Assembly: GCA_013287085.1 (NCBI GenBank)
Contig: JABDEM010000003.1
Location: 4,518 to 68,517, forward strand
Reading direction: 5' to 3'
DNA length: 64,000 nucleotides
Source of the DNA: Gammaproteobacteria bacterium
Lineage (GTDB): Bacteria > Pseudomonadota > Gammaproteobacteria > DSM-16500
Shown here: piece after piece, positions 40,940-50,669 of the stretch
Position numbering within the stretch: position 1 is the stretch's first letter
How the letters are laid out: the number at the start of each line of letters is the position of its first letter
Notes under the pieces: model-generated
Database searches by the model: none
What the model saw: only the letters and a program-made list of their open reading frames with translations
Told to the model about the DNA's origin: nothing
Translations under genes and position numbers: made by a program

Positions 40940-43759
40940 TTATTGGCAAGCTTCGCAAGTTGGGTCCGTAATTAGACAAGCTTTGGGTTCTGAAGTGACT
41001 TGTACGGCATTTAATGCGCCATCCGTGACCGTCGATTTTTCAGCATTCGTTGCACCCATGCTCCGTAGATAATAATTGGTTTTTAATCCACGTATCCAAG
41101 TGTGTCTATACAGCGTATCCAATTTTTTGCCGGAAGGCTCTGCCATATATAAATTTAATGATTGCGCTTGATCGATCCATTTTTGACGTCTGGATCCTGC
41201 TTCTACTAACCATACCGGATCAATTTCAAACGCGGTTGCATAACGTTGTTTGATATTATCTGGAATACGATTAATTTTCGCAACGCTGCCATTATAATAT
41301 TTTAAATCATTAACCATCACATCATCCCACAATCCTAGTTTTTTCAAGTCATTTACTAAGAAAGGATTAATGACAGTAAATTCGCCTGATAGATTCGATT
41401 TAACAAATAAGTTTTGGTAAGTCGGTTCAATGGATTGTGCAACACCGCAAATATTTGAAATCGTTGCCGTCGGCGCAATCGCGAGGACATTAGAATTACG
41501 CATGCCCACTTTTTTAACGCGTTCACGTAATGTTTTCCAATCCAGCGTCTGGCTTTGATCTTGCTCTAAATATTGCGCGCCACGATGTTCTTGTAAGATC
41601 TTGATAGAATCAATCGGTAATATGCCCTGACTCCAAAGTGATCCTTCATAAGTCGCATATTTACCGCGTTCTTCGGCTAAATTAGTTGATGCTTCAATCG
41701 CATAATAACTAATTAATTCCATCGAACGATCCGCAAATTCTACGGCTTCATTAGAAGTGTATGAGATTCCTAATGAATAAAGCGCATCTTGGAAGCCCAT
41801 AAGACCCATGCCTACAGGTCTATGTTTTAAGTTTGAATTACGCGCTTGCGGAACTGAATAGTAATTAATATCAATGACGTTATCTAACATACGAACTGCA
41901 GTTTGGATAGTGCGACGTAGTTTTGCCTCATCTAAACCGGTTGCAGTTAGATGCGCAATCATATTAATACTGCCTAAGTTACACACCGCAATTTCATCTT
42001 GTGAAGTATTAAGTGTAATCTCAGTGCAAAGATTTGAGCTATGTACAACACCCGTATGTTGTTGCGGTGAACGTAAGTTACAAGGATCTTTGAAAGTAAT
42101 CCATGGATGACCCGTTTCAAACAACATGGTTAACATTCTGCGCCAGAGTGAAATCGCCGGTAAGGTTTTGTAATTGGTAATTTGACCTTTAGCTGCTTTT
42201 TCTTCATAAGAAGTATAAAGCTCTTCAAATTTCTTGCCGTAAGTATCATGTAAACCAGGAACGTCATTGGGTGAGAATAAAGTCCAATCTTTATTTTCAA
42301 ATACGCGCTTCATTAATAAATCTGGAATCCAGTTCGCGGTATTCATATCGTGCGTACGACGACGTTCATCGCCAGTGTTTTTACGTAATTCTAAAAATTC
42401 TTCAATGTCGATATGCCAGGATTCTAAATAACCACACACAGCCCCTTTGCGTTTACCGCCTTGGTTGACGGCAACTGCAGTCGCATTAGCGACACTTAAG
42501 AAGGGCACTACGCCCGATGATTTACCATTCGTGCCTTTAATACGTGCACCCATACCACGAACATTGGTCCAGTCATTACCTAAACCGCCTGCATATTTAG
42601 AAAGCAGCGCATTATCTTTAATAGCCGCAAAAATACCGTCTAAATCATCTGGCACTGTCGTTAAATAACAGCTAGATAATTGCGGACGTAAAGTGCCTGA
42701 ATTAAAGAGCGTAGGGGTTGAACTCATGAAATCAAAAGAAGAGAGCAAGTTATAAAATTCAATTGCACGATCTTCTTTATTTTTTTCATCAATCGCAAGA
42801 CCCATCGCAACGCGCATAAAGAAAGCCTGTGGCAATTCAAAACGCACGCCTTTGCTATGAATAAAATAGCGATCATAAAGTGTTTGTAAACCTAAATAAG
42901 TAAACTGTAAATCGCGATCCGGTTTAATAGCCGCGCCAATCTTTTTAAGATCATACGTTTTTAAGCGGGGTTCTAATAATTCTAATTCAATCCCGCGTTG
43001 AAGATAAGCTTCAAGATATTTAGGATAAAGCCCGCGCATTTCTTCATGAGTCGCTTTATCTGTCACACTTAAAAAGCTTAAAGCTTCACTACGCAGAGCA
43101 TCTAATAATAAACGCGCTGCTACATAACTATAATTCGGTTCTTTTTCAATAAGTACGCGAGTAGACATAATGAGCGCTTTGCTCACTTCAGCAACAGGCA
43201 CTTTGTCGAATAAATTTCGTTTAACATCATCAATAATTAAATTAGGGGAGACATCTTCTAAACCAAGACACGCGCTATTCACTAAATTTGTAAAACGCTT
43301 CGCATCAAAAGGGACTACTTTGCCGTCAGTGGAAGTCACATGTAATACAAACTGGGTTTTAGTCTCTTCTTGAACTTGTTGCTCACGAACTTTTCTACGT
43401 TCTTCTCGATAAAGCACATAAGCCCGCGCAACTTTATGTTCGCCGCTGCGCATTAATTCTAATTCGACTAAATCTTGAATATCTTCAATATGAATCGTTC
43501 CACCGCCTGATAACCGTCTGCGATAAGTCTCTGAAATTTTATCCACAAGACGCATAACGGTTTCATTAATACGCGGTGAGCCCGCAGCGGTCGCACCTTC
43601 AACGGCTAAAAACGCTTTAGTGACAGCGCTTGCAATTTTAGTACTGCTATAAGGGGTCACGGTTCCATTTCGGCGTATCACTTTAAGATGACCTGGGGCT
43701 GTTGATGTAATTTCGGTAATATTGATCGTCGTCCGTGTTTTTTCTGTTGTTATATCCAT
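40940..43759 (-). CDS. nrdA: Ribonucleotide reductase class Ia alpha subunit (two N-terminal ATP-cone-like segments)
   Basis: ATP-cone-like [16 protein letters not shown] and a second copy [15 protein letters not shown]. Catalytic region NLCTEI...CNLGSIN. C-terminal Cys pair CEAC. GGAGGAG RBS before ATG 43759. Confidence 0.95.
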   Translation of the reverse strand: MDITTEKTRTTINITEITSTAPGHLKVIRRNGTVTPYSSTKIASAVTKAFLAVEGATAAGSPRINETVMRLVDKISETYRRRLSGGGTIHIEDIQDLVELELMRSGEHKVARAYVLYREERRKVREQQVQEETKTQFVLHVTSTDGKVVPFDAKRFTNLVNSACLGLEDVSPNLIIDDVKRNLFDKVPVAEVSKALIMSTRVLIEKEPNYSYVAARLLLDALRSEALSFLSVTDKATHEEMRGLYPKYLEAYLQRGIELELLEPRLKTYDLKKIGAAIKPDRDLQFTYLGLQTLYDRYFIHSKGVRFELPQAFFMRVAMGLAIDEKNKEDRAIEFYNLLSSFDFMSSTPTLFNSGTLRPQLSSCYLTTVPDDLDGIFAAIKDNALLSKYAGGLGNDWTNVRGMGARIKGTNGKSSGVVPFLSVANATAVAVNQGGKRKGAVCGYLESWHIDIEEFLELRKNTGDERRRTHDMNTANWIPDLLMKRVFENKDWTLFSPNDVPGLHDTYGKKFEELYTSYEEKAAKGQITNYKTLPAISLWRRMLTMLFETGHPWITFKDPCNLRSPQQHTGVVHSSNLCTEITLNTSQDEIAVCNLGSINMIAHLTATGLDEAKLRRTIQTAVRMLDNVIDINYYSVPQARNSNLKHRPVGMGLMGFQDALYSLGISYTSNEAVEFADRSMELISYYAIEASTNLAEERGKYATYEGSLWSQGILPIDSIKILQEHRGAQYLEQDQSQTLDWKTLRERVKKVGMRNSNVLAIAPTATISNICGVAQSIEPTYQNLFVKSNLSGEFTVINPFLVNDLKKLGLWDDVMVNDLKYYNGSVAKINRIPDNIKQRYATAFEIDPVWLVEAGSRRQKWIDQAQSLNLYMAEPSGKKLDTLYRHTWIRGLKTNYYLRSMGATNAEKSTVTDGALNAVQVTSEPKACLITDPTCEACQ

Positions 43760-43817
43760 TTGGCTCCTCCACAACTTGTTGATTACAATAAGTCTTTTTG
43801 CTTCCTGAGTCGAAAAA

Positions 43818-43864
43818 ACACAATATGTTGATGTTTTTTACTCTTAAACCACAAGATAATGTAT
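43818..43864 (-). promoter_or_regulatory. Candidate tandem NrdR boxes upstream of nrdA
   Basis: ACACAATATGTTGATG (43818-43833) and CCACAAGATAATGTAT (43849-43864) each resemble the 16-bp NrdR box acaCwAtATaTwGtgt. They are spaced 31 bp centre to centre. Imperfect matches. Confidence 0.35.
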
Positions 43865-43902
43865 CTCGTGGTTTATTGCAATAGAACAAGCTGTGTGTCT
43901 GC

Positions 43903-43911
43903 TGTGGATAA
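43903..43911 (-). promoter_or_regulatory. Consensus DnaA box (TTATCCACA on the nrdA strand)
   Basis: The plus strand reads TGTGGATAA at 43903-43911, which is exactly the 9-mer consensus. It lies about 145 nt upstream of the nrdA start. Confidence 0.5.
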
Positions 43912-43930
43912 GTTGTGGGAAACTAAAAAG

Positions 43931-45448
43931 TTAAGCTGGAGCCAAAGATTGTCTACAATAAGCGCCAGGATCTGGGGCAGCAGTGGGCGTTTTAGGTGCG
44001 GGTTTAAATAATCTAGAAGAAAATTTCCCTGCTTGATCGCGATGTTCAGGATTTAAGTTTTTAGTAGCTAACCAGCCTGCCGCTTTTTCGGCTATGTTTT
44101 GTTCTTTAGGGGCAGGTGCGGGGAAGGAATTTGAGAAGCAAAACTTAAGATTTACAAGAGCTGCAGCCCATTCTGCGGCATGGATAAAATATTGCCCAAC
44201 GGTTGAGCTGGCCGGCGCATCTCCTACTAAGGATTTAAAAATAAAATGATGGTCGTTAAAAGTGGAGAGAGTGAGGGCGAATAAGCTTGCTCCAGAAAAA
44301 TAACAAATAGCTGCGAGTACTAATAATTTGAATATCTCAAAAGAGGTATCTTTCCAGTTCGTATGGTTGTTATAAATATTTTTAACCGCACTAATACCCA
44401 AATCGAGTAAAGCAATTAATGATCCTAAATAAAGAATAGGGTTAGCGATGGATAAGCCCACGCAGAGCAACATAGTAAGATTAGGATTAGCAGCTAGCAA
44501 AGGAAGACTTCCAAAAATAAGAGTGAGGCCATTAAAAAATTTTTGTGCAAATGCTGGAATAATAGCAATAGCGCCGACTATTGCTATGAGAATTGAAGCT
44601 CCAAAAACGGCTTTATTAATATAATCTGACCAGCCAGTAGGCGTAAGCGCTTGGTCTCCATCATTTTCCCAAATGTGATGTAATTCCTTTAAGAGACAAT
44701 CCATAGCTGCCGAATCTAGATTATCAAGTTTATGACCTCCACTTGTTAAGGCTTGTTCTAGCCTTGCATTATAATTTGAGTCTAGACGGGAAAGATAATA
44801 ACGAGCATTCTCTTGATTCCACCAACGCTGAAAGCGTTCAATACCATTGATTAAGCCATAGACGCGGGTTGCAAATAAAATAAGACCAGTGCCAATGGCA
44901 GCAACGATAGCCCAAATGGTCGAAAGTGCAGCAACCCAACCTGCTGAAAATGCAAGAGCAGTAGTCACAGCAGTTCCTAAAGCAAGAGCGCTGGGAAATG
45001 CTACCGCGCCTCCAACAACAGCAGCACAGATGGCTAAAATGAAAATCGCAATGTTTCGCCCAAAATTTTCGCGAAAGTTGTCTTTGAGCCATTTAACAGC
45101 TTTAGGGATGGTCTGTAGTGCCTGAATGTAGTTCACATAAAAGGAAGAAAAGAAGTAAACCAGTGACCATTCTCTGGTTTCAGCCGATAAGGTCCACCAT
45201 TCATGCCAAGTAAAGTTCTGTAATTCAATGCCTGTGTGAGAGATAAAAGCAGAGATCCCAAAAAAGAACAATGAAGGCAAGCCAGCAGCAATAAGAGTGC
45301 TCCAACCCGGTTGATCTGGGTTGGTTTGCATTGCCTCTTTAGTTTCCGCGTGCGTAGCATCCCTGGGCGTTCCAAGCCCTTGAATAGCTGTATTTGGCGA
45401 TGGGGCACCAGTCATGTTGCTTTTTCCTTGTTCATTTCGATGCCGCAT
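43931..45448 (-). CDS. Polytopic membrane protein of unknown function (effector-like)
   Basis: 505-aa ORF with a hydrophilic N-terminus, several long Ala/Gly/Val-rich hydrophobic blocks (e.g. NIAIFILAICAAVVGGAVAFPSALALGTAVTTALAFSAGWVAALSTIWAIVAAIGTGLILF), and a Pro/Ala-rich C-terminal tail. An alternative start is ATG 45415. Confidence 0.65.
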   Translation of the reverse strand: MRHRNEQGKSNMTGAPSPNTAIQGLGTPRDATHAETKEAMQTNPDQPGWSTLIAAGLPSLFFFGISAFISHTGIELQNFTWHEWWTLSAETREWSLVYFFSSFYVNYIQALQTIPKAVKWLKDNFRENFGRNIAIFILAICAAVVGGAVAFPSALALGTAVTTALAFSAGWVAALSTIWAIVAAIGTGLILFATRVYGLINGIERFQRWWNQENARYYLSRLDSNYNARLEQALTSGGHKLDNLDSAAMDCLLKELHHIWENDGDQALTPTGWSDYINKAVFGASILIAIVGAIAIIPAFAQKFFNGLTLIFGSLPLLAANPNLTMLLCVGLSIANPILYLGSLIALLDLGISAVKNIYNNHTNWKDTSFEIFKLLVLAAICYFSGASLFALTLSTFNDHHFIFKSLVGDAPASSTVGQYFIHAAEWAAALVNLKFCFSNSFPAPAPKEQNIAEKAAGWLATKNLNPEHRDQAGKFSSRLFKPAPKTPTAAPDPGAYCRQSLAPA

Positions 45449-45571
45449 TATGTAACCACCAACCTTAAGGAAACCTTAAGAAAACCAGTAAGTTACAAAA
45501 TATTTTTAAATTTAATTCTTGACTTCATGAAAAACGAATTAAAATATGTTATCTTGTAAGTCCTTAAAATA

Positions 45572-46351
45572 ATGGGATTATTTATGACAGAATTACAAAA
45601 TGAGCCTATCAAGCCGAGTCGCGGTATTTATCTTTTGCCTAACTTATTTACCACGGCGGCCTTATTTTCGGGGTTCTATTCTATAGTCGCTGCTTTAAAA
45701 GGGTCTTTTGATGTTGCAGCGATCGCTATATTTTTTGCGATGATCGCAGATACTTTAGATGGACGTATTGCTCGTCTAACCAATACCCAAACTGCTTTTG
45801 GTGCGCAATACGATAGTTTGTCGGATATGGTCGCTTTTGGCGTTGCGCCAGCTTTAGTGATGTATAACTGGTCATTATTGCGCCTAGGAAAAATTGGTTG
45901 GTTAATTGCTTTTATTTATACTGCTGCAACCGCTTTAAGATTAGCGCGTTTTAATACTCAAGTAGGACATGAAGATAAAAGATATTTTCAAGGATTACCT
46001 TGTCCTGCAGCCGCGGCCTTAATAGCCGGTTTAGTTTGGTTAGGTTATGTGTACGACATCGAGGGCTATTTAATCGTTATTCCCGGCGGTTTGTTAACCT
46101 TATTAGCCGCTGCTTTCATGGTGAGCAGTATTCGTTTTAATAGTTTCAAACAAATCGATCTAAAAGGCAAAGTTCCTTTTATGGTTCCTGTGTTAGTGGT
46201 TTTAATTCTAGCAGCCATTGCAATCGAACCACCCGAAATGTTATTCGCACTATTTTTATGTTATGCACTTTCCGGCCCTATTTTAACGCTCTGGCAATTA
46301 AGAAAAATGCGAAAAAGTTCAAAAAATACACGAAAACAAAAATTATCTTGA
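45572..46351 (+). CDS. pssA: CDP-diacylglycerol--serine O-phosphatidyltransferase (CDP-alcohol phosphatidyltransferase type)
   Basis: Motif DTLDGRIARLTNTQTAFGAQYDSLSD (D-x2-DG-x2-AR-x8-G-x3-D-x3-D). Multi-TM. An alternative start is ATG 45584. Confidence 0.9.
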   Translation: MGLFMTELQNEPIKPSRGIYLLPNLFTTAALFSGFYSIVAALKGSFDVAAIAIFFAMIADTLDGRIARLTNTQTAFGAQYDSLSDMVAFGVAPALVMYNWSLLRLGKIGWLIAFIYTAATALRLARFNTQVGHEDKRYFQGLPCPAAAALIAGLVWLGYVYDIEGYLIVIPGGLLTLLAAAFMVSSIRFNSFKQIDLKGKVPFMVPVLVVLILAAIAIEPPEMLFALFLCYALSGPILTLWQLRKMRKSSKNTRKQKLS

Positions 46352-46523
46352 CGCCTACTAAACTCTTTGTTACATATCACCGCGATTAAAATCAAAGTGT
46401 AGAAGTTTGTTACAAAAAAACTGGGATTCCCCCCCAACAAAAAATTAAAGACGCAAAAAAAACGAGATGGATTTAAAAGGATTAGTAATATTTTTTTAAT
46501 TTTTGAGAAAGAGGGATAAATTT

Positions 46524-48077
46524 ATGGCAGGTTCAGGTTCACATCCACATCAACATCAAGAACAAGCAGCACCACCAGCACCACCACTAGCATCATCAGT
46601 ATTGTCGTCAGTACCACAACCACCGCAAGGGCCACGACCAACAGAACAACACGAGGCACCGCTTACACCGGCATTCCACGCAGAAGAGCAACAACAAGAC
46701 TCTCAGCAGTCACCACATTTTGGGGGCAATGAATATTATGCAGATGACGAGTCAGTTTCTCACCAACATCATGGGCAGACAGGCGTGGCATATACGAATG
46801 GCGTTTCACATCAACACATCCAGCATTTGGCAATGCCTAATCCCGCTGAAATTGATTTTCAAAGAGTGGAACGTAATAAAGACCACAGAGTAAAAGAACT
46901 CAAAGAAACTTTGAAAATGCTTAGAATTTTAATTAACTTAGCGGAAGAGGAAGAAGAGCGTATCAAAGCCAAAACCGTTATTGATAATACAAAGCTTGAT
47001 CATATTTACGATGTAAAAGATAGATTAAAAAACATAGAATCACAAATTGTAATTGATTCTGAAGCGGTTGATATCGATAAATTAGATCAAGATCTTGATG
47101 CTGCAATCCTCCGGTATGGATGGGCTGCAGAAATAACACGCAGGGGTTATTTCTCAGCGAATGCTATTCAAAATTTAGTAAAATTGGGCAAAGCCTTAGA
47201 TAAAGTAACGACAATTGCTGAACCTGAAGATGAGTTAAAGCAAGTTCTTAAGGCAATTGAGGCTTATGCTGATGCAGAACACAAACGTGTTGGAGCAACC
47301 AAAGATTATATGCCGTGGACAACAACTAATAAGACCAATAAACAAAACGATTTGGAGGATGCGAAAAATATTGCTACAAGCTTGTATGCGGCACTTAGCA
47401 CAAACAAGCTTACGAACTCTGATGGAGCCTCTGAGGATATCTCAAGAGATGGCATTAGAAAGAAAACTCAAGAATTGTTAAGTCAAATGCAACAAGATCT
47501 TCAAGCAAAGCGCCATGCTTGGTTTGATTTTTGTATTAGAATTTTAACCTTAGGTTTTTTCCGAAGCGAATCTACCACGCTGCAAAATTTGAAAAAGATG
47601 GAAGAGAGTTTAAGAAAAGATATGCTTCTATCATCTAAAAGCACGCGTTTAAATATTGCATCAGAAATAAATCTAGCTGAGACCCAGAAAACCATGGAGC
47701 ATGTAAAACAATCGTTAGGGGTGCCGCCTGATATCGAAGCATCATCGGCCCAGAGTTCTCCGCATGCACAGCATCCCCGTTCAGTGAGTTTCGCACCGGG
47801 ATCGGAATCTAAACATGGTGGTCTAGCTAATGGGACAAGTTCTAGCGCTACGCTTGTAGCTCTTTCTGCTGCAAGTCCTCGTGGACCATCAAGCGCGCTA
47901 AAGAAAAAAGCAGAGCCAGCCGCGACTGACCCTGTTGCGACTGCCCCACGCGAGCTTAGCGGCGCTTGGAATAAGTTAACTAAAAAGGTAAATTTAGCTT
48001 CCTCTGCGCACACGCGTCATTTTGTTGTACTCGAACTACTAAAGATGCTATTGGATCAAGGGATAATATCGGTATAG
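46524..48077 (+). CDS. Hypothetical low-complexity / coiled-coil protein with family-like core near residue ~330
   Basis: AAGAGGGA RBS before ATG 46524; the track TTG start is 46503. H/Q/P-rich N-terminus, a central charged helical region, and a Ser/Ala/Pro-rich C-terminal third. The segment AKRHAWFDFCIRILTLGFFRSESTTLQNLKKMEESLRKD resembles the core of the downstream paralogues. Confidence 0.65.
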   Translation: MAGSGSHPHQHQEQAAPPAPPLASSVLSSVPQPPQGPRPTEQHEAPLTPAFHAEEQQQDSQQSPHFGGNEYYADDESVSHQHHGQTGVAYTNGVSHQHIQHLAMPNPAEIDFQRVERNKDHRVKELKETLKMLRILINLAEEEEERIKAKTVIDNTKLDHIYDVKDRLKNIESQIVIDSEAVDIDKLDQDLDAAILRYGWAAEITRRGYFSANAIQNLVKLGKALDKVTTIAEPEDELKQVLKAIEAYADAEHKRVGATKDYMPWTTTNKTNKQNDLEDAKNIATSLYAALSTNKLTNSDGASEDISRDGIRKKTQELLSQMQQDLQAKRHAWFDFCIRILTLGFFRSESTTLQNLKKMEESLRKDMLLSSKSTRLNIASEINLAETQKTMEHVKQSLGVPPDIEASSAQSSPHAQHPRSVSFAPGSESKHGGLANGTSSSATLVALSAASPRGPSSALKKKAEPAATDPVATAPRELSGAWNKLTKKVNLASSAHTRHFVVLELLKMLLDQGIISV

Positions 48078-48154
48078 AACAAACAATAGTCATTAATTCT
48101 ACCGAGAGTTTCATTAATAATGTCCCGGTTCGTAAAAGACCTTAATAATCACCA

Positions 48155-48179
48155 GGGCCCAGCTTGCTGGGCCTTTTTA
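48155..48179 (+). terminator. Rho-independent terminator
   Basis: GGGCCCAGC-TT-GCTGGGCC stem followed by TTTTT. Confidence 0.65.
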
Positions 48180-48199
48180 TATACTAGGAGATTTTAATT

Positions 48200-48859
48200 A
48201 TGCCTTTTAAAATGAGAATTGCACCAGAGGGTGATGAAAAAAACCGTACGGAAAAAGAAGATTGCAGATATTGGATTAATGCTTATCGAAAATATATTGC
48301 AGGACAGATGGAACGTCTTAAGACGGTAAGAGCAACAAAAGGTGCGGATGATAAATATGAGCTTTTTGCTAGAGTTAACCATAAGTTTTCAAATTTATTT
48401 GATAATTTGGGCGGCCCGGATAAACCCTTATCAGTAGATTTTTTAACGAGTTTTGCTGAGCTTCAAGAAGAAACCGCACGTGTGGCGCATCATGCGAGAT
48501 ATTCTAAAACTAATGCTGTTGCTAATACTATTTTTACCTTAGGGACGGGTTTATTTAGAAAGCCCGGGGGACGCTTAAACTTTTACAGTGAACCCGAATC
48601 TTTGAAAGCTTATAAAATGTTAGAAGCGCGATTTTTAAAACGTGATGATTCAGAAGCTAAATCAGAACATACCGTGGTGAGCCATCTTTGGTTGCAATTT
48701 TTGGCAACTTATAGAAGTTTATTTAATAAATCCAATATTCAGGCTTGGGTCAAAGATAAGGTTGAGCAAACTGTGAAGCCTGCTGCTAGTTATAATGAAT
48801 ATCGAGCGGTGAGTTTTGATGAACACTTGCCACCTCAGCAACCAAGAAGGAGAGTTTAA
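48200..48859 (+). CDS. Uncharacterised paralogue family member A (AHHxRYSKTN family)
   Basis: 219 aa with an AGGAG RBS. Core ETARVAHHARYSKTNAVANTIF, downstream PESLKAYKMLEARFLKRD. Confidence 0.7.
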   Translation: MPFKMRIAPEGDEKNRTEKEDCRYWINAYRKYIAGQMERLKTVRATKGADDKYELFARVNHKFSNLFDNLGGPDKPLSVDFLTSFAELQEETARVAHHARYSKTNAVANTIFTLGTGLFRKPGGRLNFYSEPESLKAYKMLEARFLKRDDSEAKSEHTVVSHLWLQFLATYRSLFNKSNIQAWVKDKVEQTVKPAASYNEYRAVSFDEHLPPQQPRRRV

Positions 48860-49554
48860 TGTCTGCGAATAGAAATATTATTAAAAATGTTATCGCTCGT
48901 ATTAATAATTTTATTACTGAAGAAGAGGATCGTCTTTTTGGCAAGGAGGGAAAAATATCGTTTTGGGACAAATGGACTCAAAAGGGCCGTCTGGAAAAAA
49001 AGCAACGATTGACTGATATAAGAGACAAATTAGTGAAGTTATCAGGGACAGACGAGGACGTGCTTCAGTTAGAGCATTTAATGGCTGAAATAGCGATTGT
49101 GGCCAATCATAAGCGTTATTCTAAAATTAATGCTTTTATTAATTGGAGTTTGGGATGGGTACCTTGGTTTTTATCGGGGACTTATGTTAATCCCTATAAA
49201 AATGCGACTACCTGGAAAGGTTGGTTGAAATTAGAAAAAGAAGTATTTACTGATCTTGCTAAAATTAAAGATGAATCTTCTTATCCGCTTGCAAGTGAAT
49301 TACATGCAAGGAGAGAAGATAAACTTAGTGTTTCGATTAAGGCATCAGATAGAACAGTTTGGGAAGCATTGAGCAGAGCTTATAAAGCTACTTTAAATCC
49401 TTCTTCTCGATTTATTTTTATACCAGGTGAAGAAGATAAGTCTGACCTGCCAAAGATTAGTACCTACGCTCAATTAAGACTACACAAACCGTATATTCCA
49501 AAACCTGTTCCATCTACACTCGAAGAGTCGCCAATTCATGCACCAAGGCATTAG
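48859..49554 (+). CDS. Uncharacterised paralogue family member B
   Basis: 231 aa. The ATG overlaps the stop of A by 1 nt (TAATG). AAGGAG RBS. Core IAIVANHKRYSKINAFINW. Confidence 0.7.
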   Translation: MSANRNIIKNVIARINNFITEEEDRLFGKEGKISFWDKWTQKGRLEKKQRLTDIRDKLVKLSGTDEDVLQLEHLMAEIAIVANHKRYSKINAFINWSLGWVPWFLSGTYVNPYKNATTWKGWLKLEKEVFTDLAKIKDESSYPLASELHARREDKLSVSIKASDRTVWEALSRAYKATLNPSSRFIFIPGEEDKSDLPKISTYAQLRLHKPYIPKPVPSTLEESPIHAPRH

Positions 49555-49563
49555 GAGAAAAAT

Positions 49564-50103
49564 ATGTCATTAACATCAGAGCAAAAGAAAACCGCAACAG
49601 ATACTTTAGATATTTTAATAACTTTTATTGAAATGCAGAATCAGCGTTTAGATAGAAAAATTATGTCTAAAGGTAAGGCAGACAAAACGCAGCTTTTTAC
49701 TGACCTTAAAGATAAATTAATTACTTTAAAACAAAAGCTTTTACGAGACGAGAATGTACCAGCTTATGAACAAGATATTAAAGAAGCTATACATGAAACC
49801 GCTCTTATAGCTCATCATCGACGTTATTCTAAAACTAATAATATTGCCACAGGTTTGGGCTATGTAATAAGTGCAGGCTATTGGAAACCCGCTGCAAAAT
49901 CTGAAAGTTGGGTGGATTGGGAAAAATTGGCACAAAATAAGTTTTCAAATGCTCAGGTGACACCCGAGGAAGATTCTGCTCTAAAACAAGGATTTTTGGC
50001 TGAATATCAGAGAACTTTGGAAAATAATAACAGATTTATTAAGAAAGACGATCAATTTATTGCTTCATACAATACTCTGAGATCAGTAAAGCTAGGAAAA
50101 TAG
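49564..50103 (+). CDS. Uncharacterised paralogue family member C (short subtype)
   Basis: 179 aa with an AGGAG RBS. Core ALIAHHRRYSKTNNIATGLGYVISAGYWKPAAKSESW, near-identical to D. Confidence 0.7.
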   Translation: MSLTSEQKKTATDTLDILITFIEMQNQRLDRKIMSKGKADKTQLFTDLKDKLITLKQKLLRDENVPAYEQDIKEAIHETALIAHHRRYSKTNNIATGLGYVISAGYWKPAAKSESWVDWEKLAQNKFSNAQVTPEEDSALKQGFLAEYQRTLENNNRFIKKDDQFIASYNTLRSVKLGK

Positions 50104-50111
50104 GAAACAAT

Positions 50112-50657
50112 ATGCAAAGACCACCAGTACCTGAACATGACAAAATAACCATGCATGAGACTATTGATACTCTAATTCAATATATTGATGCTCAAAGAAA
50201 CCGCATGAGTGAAAAGCGATTAGCTCGAGGTGTTGCGGATAAAGATTTGCTTTTTGGGCAAATAAAAATTGAGCTTGAAAGATTGAAGGGCGTGCTCGAA
50301 TTGAACAAAGAGGTACTGGATAATAAGCATCCTTATCAAGATCAAATTAAGGAAGCTATAATCCGAACCGCTATCGTTGCGCATCACCGACGCTTTTCTA
50401 AAACCAATACTATTGCTACGGGTTTGGGTTATGTGATAAGCGCAGGCTATTGGAAACCCGCAGCGGAATCTGAAAGTTGGACTGCTTGGAAAAATTTAAA
50501 GGATAAATTTGAGCTAATCCAAGCAGAGCAAAATGATCGAGTAAAAAATAATTTTAGTGGTGAATATTATCGTACAGTGCACGAATTTAGGCACTTGATA
50601 GCGGGTGGAGCTAATATAGATAGTTATAATGATTATCGAAAAATTTTTAAACCTTGA
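50112..50657 (+). CDS. Uncharacterised paralogue family member D (short subtype)
   Basis: 181 aa. Core AIVAHHRRFSKTNTIATGLGYVISAGYWKPAAESESW. Confidence 0.7.
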   Translation: MQRPPVPEHDKITMHETIDTLIQYIDAQRNRMSEKRLARGVADKDLLFGQIKIELERLKGVLELNKEVLDNKHPYQDQIKEAIIRTAIVAHHRRFSKTNTIATGLGYVISAGYWKPAAESESWTAWKNLKDKFELIQAEQNDRVKNNFSGEYYRTVHEFRHLIAGGANIDSYNDYRKIFKP

Positions 50658-50669
50658 ATTGGAGGAAAT

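Noticed and set aside
44838..45559. ORFs 44838-45092, 44889-45125, 45133-45408 and 45311-45559
   Set aside because: They are alternative frames of the Ala/Gly-rich membrane-protein gene. Locally GC-rich repetitive codons keep several frames open.
47257..48013. ORFs 47257-47481 (+) and 47501-48013 (-) inside the 517-aa gene
   Set aside because: They are embedded alternative-frame or antisense ORFs. The 170-aa antisense ORF arises from the Ser/Ala/Pro-rich region.
48194..49935. Minus-strand ORFs 48194-48382, 48786-48971 and 49741-49935 within the paralogue array
   Set aside because: They are antisense to ORFs that have RBSs and family conservation. Their translations are Phe/Ile/Ser-rich shadows.
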